Shown: positions 57,114-64,000 of the stretch, one piece after another | How the letters are laid out: every line of letters begins with the position of its first letter | Numbering within the stretch: the first letter of the stretch is position 1 | Source: Auanema rhodensis | Lineage: Eukaryota > Animalia > Nematoda | Length of the DNA: 64,000 bases | Assembly: GCA_964057225.1 (NCBI GenBank) | Contig: OZ059896.1 | Span: 8,370,001-8,434,000, forward strand | Direction: 5' to 3' | Made by a program: the position numbers and the translations under genes | Notes under the pieces: model-generated | Databases searched by the model: none | What the model was told of the DNA's origin: nothing | Seen by the model: only the letters and a program-made list of their open reading frames with translations

Positions 57114-60100
57114 TTCATATAGAAGAATCAACATTTATATAAATAGATTAATATAATAATTACATTTACTAGTTTATATTATATAAATTTATAATATAAT
57201 ATATAATATATTGTATATTATTGTTTATATACCTTAAAGTTATCCAGATCATAGTTAAACGAAAAGGAAAAAAAAACTTTTTAACGTAATCTATGCGTGA
57301 CATCGGATCAGTTAGACAGAACGGCCAGAGGGGGGAAACAGACAGCTGTGTGTATATTAATGCGTGCTACGGAAAGCGATTCCATCTCAGTTTCCCATTC
57401 CAAACGCCAGTTGTTTTGTGCACTTCAAGCCTTTTGTTCAACATATATCTATTTCATTTTCTATATTTTTCACATATTTCTCATGGAACTTGTCCTGTTC
57501 ACTATATCAATATATTTGATCCTTTTACATTCATACCATACCATACACACAATACAATTCCAATTTTTTTGCGTCTGAAACATTCAGCTAAAGTTGTAAT
57601 TATGCTTTGTTTCCACAACTATACATGTATGCCAATTTTTCTTTTTGTTATCACTATATCATTTTTCCTTTTTCTATTTTATTGTTAATTGCGTAACATC
57701 TAACATATCAAGCTCATTTTCTTGTTCTAAGAACTTCAACCTTATCCGTCTTCACTTTCATTTTCTCTTTGATTTAACAATAGTGCTTCACACCTATTTT
57801 GTCATCAAATATTTCTTTAATTCTTTAATTATTCTTTGATTGACAACTATTTGAGAAACATTTTCAAATCTTATTCGACTGGTACTACTACTACTACTGC
57901 TACTATTACTTCAACTGCTGCTTCTTCTTCCTCGTCTTCTGAATACACTAAAATCATTGTCTTTTCTGTTTCTTACTTTCAACGGAAGACGATCAACTTG
58001 AAGACGTATGCTAAGAGTTTTCGTGAGCTCTCTAACTTTTTTTTCATCTCTCTTGTCTGTTTCATACTTTCGCGGGATTCTGAAGTCAAACATCTATCTG
58101 TCTTTAAGTCAATCGACGATTTTCTTGTTCTCGCATCCTATCATTAAACGAAAAATGAACTTTTAACTTATTTTCGTGATTGTTATGCTAATTATGGTAT
58201 AACTTATTAAATAAATGTATTAATTATATAATATAATATATTTATAATTTTAATTTGTATTAAAGCATTTTTTTGAAAAATAAATTCTAATCAGTAGATT
58301 CTGATTTAAACCATATCTCAATGGCATGCACATGTCTATTTATTTAGAAATTACACAAAAACTCATTTTTTCTTTTAATTTGACAATAAATTCACATTTT
58401 TCTTATAAAACTTTACATACGTACATGTATACACATGTGCTTATCTCATTCATAGCCATTACTACTAATCAAAAATTGTATTTTTTTTGCAACAAAATGA
58501 AACTTCTACTCAATTCAAGATAGGAATTCTGAAATAGAACTTGAAAATGTTCGTAAATAGGTCATTTTCGTTTTCCTCCAATTTGCATACTATTCACTAA
58601 CTTATCCGGATGGCAAATGTCGATATTTGTTTCTTTGAATTCAACGACAAGCTCGACAACTTTAGACATGGTGGTAGTGTACGTGAACTTGAAGTTAACG
58701 ATGTCCAAGCTGAGGACAAGACTTCTCGATTTGGACCTCTCTTCTCTCTGTCTTTAGGTTCCAATTAGACCAAGCAGAGAGGCGGAAAAGAGAAGCAGCG
58801 AGCAGAGGGAAGACATACTCAAGCTATTGGATCTTTCTTTCTTTTTGCTTTCGTCGTCGTGTCTTCTTCTTAGTCTTCTCATATAGCGCTGACTCCTTGT
58901 CTTCTCATCGTCCAGATGTTAATCTTCCTTTCGGTCAAAATCAACAGCTTTCATGAAAGCAACTTGAGATGCTATTAGTTTATATCTGTTTCAATACATT
59001 CGTTAGCTTTTATCTTTTCATTGAGCAAAATACCTTAAATAATTAATATATTTTTAAAGATAATTATGTTTTTTTAACCATATTTCAAATACATTTTTAG
59101 ATAATAAACGACTTTTTTCATATTAGCTCAAAATCAAATACCCTTCAATATTAAAAAATCTGATTAGATAATCGCATTTCCGCTTATATTTCCTTTTTAC
59201 TTTAATATAAACTACTCTTTAGAGGATTATGTGTTCTATATAATCTCAAGATTCTTAAGAGAATATGTAAAAGAAATATTTTGAAATTTCTCAAAAAAAT
59301 TTGAATTTAATTGAATTCCTTAACGAAAAAATATGTGAAAAGACTCCCAAATCTTTTTCACATTTTTCTTCTTTGTACTCTTTTCGTTTCTTGGGTGCTT
59401 GTCTTTGAATATTTTATATGGTTTATCGCGCTTTTTGAATTTATTATAGACTATGAAGATGACGATTTCAATATTGTTCATGTTCCGTACATCATGACCT
59501 TTTTATGTTTTTTTCCCTAATTTTTGTTAATGAAAGAAATATCTTTAATTGATTGAATCAAAGATGATGATAACTTATTCTTTGTTTTCTTATTACTGAA
59601 AGTTTTATATTTCCCTCTGTCCATCCCGAAAAAAAAAACTAAAAAAAGGAATAATTTTTTCGTTCAAAATGCTTGTTTATATGATTTTTGTTTTCATTGC
59701 ATATGAACTGTTCAATTCGCATTTTATAATAAATCGGATGAATAAATAGAATTCTATAACAAATCATAAATGAATAACATGAGAATCATTTATTAGAAAT
59801 CATCCATCATCCTTTAATTACAAGCATGTCTTTCTCTAGTTCTATTCTTATCATAAAGAATTATCAACATTTTTCTTTTCTTTTCCACTTATTTTTTCCA
59901 TTTTTTGATTATTTTTATTTTAAAAAATGGAATGCAATTCTATTCATCTTGTTAATTAAAAAAAACTGATTTTAATATTTTTTCTGCTGTTGTATCTTCT
60001 TCTTCTTTGAAATCAGAGGGACGCAGCGACACACGAATGGTGCTAATTTCATGTTGTTTCATATGCTCTCTATCTCAATCTCACCCTTTCTCCCTATAAA

Positions 60101-61005
60101 TAAATAAATATACATGTATATATATATATATAATTCTCTCTAGCTTCCTTCTTCCCTCTCTCTTTCTCTCTTTTTGCTTTATTCGTACTTCTAGTCAGCA
60201 ATATCTAAGATGCTCACAGCATCAGTCTATTTCTTCCACTCTCAGTCTTTATCTCTTTCCTTTTTTCTCAACAAAATTTAATTTGACAACGCCCCCATTT
60301 AAAATTTTTTGAAATTCTCGTAAAGGATGAGATGCATTGGTAAACTAAAACCTAAAAATAGGAACAACCTATTAAAGCTTTAGCGCAGCAGCATCAGAAG
60401 CAGATTCTTTAGCTATACCGTTCTAAGTATTTTGTCCCTTTATCGTTTTCATTTCATTTCGTCAAGTAGAAATCCCCATGTATATGCGTTCAAGTCAATG
60501 TTGGTTCACTACTGATTGTTTTCGTTACTGGACCAAATTTCGTTACCAACAGCATATGCCTGAACAAAATGAAGACGAAGAGACAGAGAACACTGATATA
60601 CGTATTTTCAATGAATATTCAAAGTATACAGGTCGAGAATTTTGACGATTTATCTCCATTTTTTTGTTTTAAACAAATTAATATTTTTTTATTTTTAAAT
60701 TATTCATTCATTCCCATATTTTATGGAATTATTTTCTTACTTTATGATGTATATACTTATTTTCATATTTTTAAACATCAAAAATTAAGTTATGGTCAAT
60801 TCTTTTACATTAGCTAGTCCATATACATCATGCTCATAGCTATATTTGAACAGCTCTCTTCCAACTCCTTTTTCGGTTTCCTTTTTTACTTGAATACGCT
60901 GACTTCGACTCTCTCATCTGAAACCTCACTTGTTGGCATGAACCTCTCCTCTTCATCGGCATCATCATCATCAAAGTTGATGTCCTCTGCTTTGTCCCAT
61001 CAGTC

Positions 61006-61033
61006 TCATCATCGTCATCATCATCATCATCAT

Positions 61034-61065
<32 letters not shown>
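61006..61065. repeat. (CAT)n/(CAC)n trinucleotide repeat
   Basis: About 19 consecutive CAY-type triplets. Confidence 0.9.
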
Positions 61066-61068
<3 letters not shown>

Positions 61069-62610
61069 TGATGGTCGTCGTCGCAGTGGTCGTCATCATC
61101 AGCAGCACAAGGAGCAAAAGCGAAAGTAACATTGGAAGTAGCAACTTCGAACAGTAGCTTGAGCATTTTTATCGGTTTCATCTCCATTTTGGTTTTTTTG
61201 ACCTCAGCTCAGCTTCGCAATTTTACATTTTCTCGCACTCTTTACATCCACCCTCTTCTTTACCAGATATACATACATGTATGCATGTGGCTCGTCATCG
61301 AGAAAATGCCTCCGGATCGGCTATAAACTAATATCATTGCCATCGAGCGTTTGCCCAATTGTGTCCAAAATTCTCTATTTCTATCTCTCTCTTTTTCTCT
61401 TCCTTTCTCTTTCTTCCTCCACTATGCAGCTGCTACTTTGCGTGCTTTTCCTTTTATTCACCTCATCTTGCGCTAAAGCTTTTTCAAACTTTTCAAACTT
61501 CCTCAACTTGCCGCTTTGACAGAAAATTTAAAAGTTCATTCCCGTCCTGTTAATTCTAGCCTTAATGACAATTCAGTTTCGTTTATTGAGCAGTCACAAT
61601 AATCATTTTGAAAGAAATGATCAAAATTCTTTGCTATGGCTAAACCTTATCGGTTTTTTCACGCTAGCCTGAATATATTCTGAAGTGTGTATTTCAGGTA
61701 AATCAAACATAGAGATGCTTCTAGGCAAGCTTCTTCTATTTTTTTTTTTGCTTCTCACTCGTTTCACACTTCTTTTATTATTTTTCTATTAACTTTTAAA
61801 AAATTTATAATATACTAGCTATGGAACATTAGTTCAAAAAGTCAAATATTCATATCCAAAATGCTAAAATATGTTATTGATTTTTCAATTATATGTTTTC
61901 AGAAAAAAAAATCAATTAATATTATATGAATTTTAATTGATTTCAGTATTTTTTGGATATATTTTTTTAAAATAAAAATTCCTTTCTTTTTTCCTTAAAT
62001 TTAAAAAATTTAATCACATAAAATACTGTGGATATTTCTTTCTAACGTAGAAAATAGAAGAAATTCTTATTTTAGCTATTAGATTGAACAAATTGTATCT
62101 ATTTCTTCCATTTTCTTTTATGCTTTCAGCACCTCTATATGTTTTCTTTTATTTTTCTTAACCACAGCAAACAGTGACTAGATAAATGAATTATACTAAA
62201 AATTACAACATTAAAATCTCTATTATATAAATAAAAATATTTTATATTTATATTGATTTTTCATTTTAAAATATTTCTTAGTTAATATCAAAAAATATTT
62301 TTTTTCTTTTTAATATAGTAATAAAAGTGAGAATAATATTCATATACATACATACATATGTACATGCACATACATGTATGTATGTAGATAACTCAGTATA
62401 TAATTATATATATAACAGTATGTAACTGCTTATATATATATATATATATATCTAATATATTTTTCTATTTATCTATCTCTTTATGTATTTCGTGTATGAA
62501 ATTGAACATATTCAATGAAAAAAGGTTTAAAACTAAAATTCGAGAAAATGCAATTGTTGCACGTGAAGCTAAATCTCTTATGATGACAATCTATTGGTTT
62601 CCATTTTCCC

Positions 62611-62615
<5 letters not shown>

Positions 62616-62653
<38 letters not shown>

Positions 62654-62682
62654 ACTCTCTCTCTCACTCTCTCTCTCCCTCT
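62616..62682. repeat. (CT)n microsatellite
   Basis: Near-perfect CT run on the plus strand. Confidence 0.95.
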
Positions 62683-64000
62683 TCACGCTGTTCATTAGTA
62701 TATTTCAGTTAACTTATGTCTTCTATTGCTAACCTCTCCATAAGATTTTTTCCCAAAAAACTTAATTAAATTCAATATTCCCATAGGCATAATTGAAAAA
62801 ATATTTTATCTTCTAAGCAAGCAGTTAATATATGCACATACATTCAATACATTTAATCTAATATAAAACCATTTATCGCAGATTTTTTTAAATTTTCTTT
62901 TGAATCAATTTCAAAGATAATTAGTATTATTCATAAAATAATCATAAATAGCACCAAATTTCATGTTATTCCTCTATTATATGAACAAGAAATCTTCAAC
63001 AATCATTTCTTAGCCGATTTTTAACACAAACGTACGTCACTTCCTTCTGTCCATTTCTGAAATCTGAGACACTGAGCTGAGAAATCCATCAGACATCAGT
63101 TGGTCTTCTCATCAATGAAGCCAAAAGTTGTTATTCATTCCGTGTCTTTCCGCTTTCACGCTTAAAGATTTTTTTGATCTTTCTTTTCATGTTTCTGAAT
63201 TTTATTTTTCCATTATTTACTTACCTTTGCTTTTCATATTTTTTTAATCTTTCATTTTAAATTATGAAAAGAAAACAACAAATTTTCCTTTTCTCAAACT
63301 CACTATATACATGTATTTTTTTTTTTATTTCCTAAAATGTTCTAAAACTCTTTTAACCTTCTATACGTATTCTGTAAAGTGAAATTATTTTCGAAAGAAT
63401 TATAGCATAAATAGTAGAGCAAAAGCAAATTGAAGTTTCCATCACCGTTCCACGATTATCACTTTGGGGGGGGGGGGGAGGCTCATTGCAAAACCTCCGA
63501 TAAAGTATATTCAAGTAAGAAAATAGAAAAAAAATAATGGAAAATTTGATTTAGATCAAGTAGAGGTTTTCTAAGTAGCCTCCAGCATTCAGCTTCAATA
63601 AAAGTTTAAATAATTTTTTTTTCTTTTTAGTAAATAAATTCATGTAATGACTTTCATCTTATGATATAACAATTTTAAGATGAATTTTGTTGCTCCTTTT
63701 TCTTGATACATTTCATTTATGTTCTGCTTTATGATCTTTTCTCTCTCACTGTCTCCCTCTATATATCTTCTCTTTTTGCTCCTTTTCCTTCTCTTTATCT
63801 TTCTCTCTCTCTCATAGATGCACATACACACATAGACGCCTTCTTTCTTTTCTTATCTTTTAAAATTTCAACGTATTTTATGATGACAATGTAAGCACAT
63901 TGTTATTTAATTCTTTGTATACTCACTTTCATGTTATGCTAACTGCTTAGAAATTGTCTCTCTTTCCCTCCTTTTTCAAATTATTCAACAAATCTATTCA

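Noticed and set aside
60830-61187. Poly-His ORF (+) and poly-Asp ORF (-)
   Set aside because: Both arise from a CAT/CAC microsatellite that is stop-free in these frames; no splice context or homology supports them.
63466-63478. G13 tract (also G10 at 52355-52364) as G-quadruplex or fragile sites
   Set aside because: Too short for a canonical intramolecular G4; homopolymer length is also assembly-sensitive.

Overview
AT-rich nematode genomic DNA, most likely a clade V rhabditid (inferred from gene content and trans-splice-type acceptors; species not identifiable). Two compact housekeeping clusters are packed with 39-55 nt introns. Cluster 1 (1-14.8 kb): dcaf-1, an unannotated 66-aa four-exon microgene, a dihydropyrimidinase, two ~99.5% identical tandem copies of rrp-1/NOP52, and Pol III subunit RPC4. 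Cluster 2 (34-42.7 kb): ivd-1, snpn-1, sart-3 and a GGPP synthase. Between them lie ~15 kb of AT-rich non-coding DNA and an 8-exon AEX-2-like rhodopsin GPCR. The last 21 kb is microsatellite-rich non-coding DNA with two candidate alternative first exons of a large plus-strand gene continuing past the window. Most notable: (1) a relaxed, apparently length-measured splice code (13 AAG and 1 GAG acceptors among roughly 110 hand-reconstructed introns, with nearer AGs bypassed); (2) the hidden microgene in operon position; (3) the rrp-1 duplication with a unique 184-bp filler. No tRNA, rRNA, CRISPR array or intact transposon was recognised. All gene models were spliced by hand, and C. elegans comparisons are from memory.
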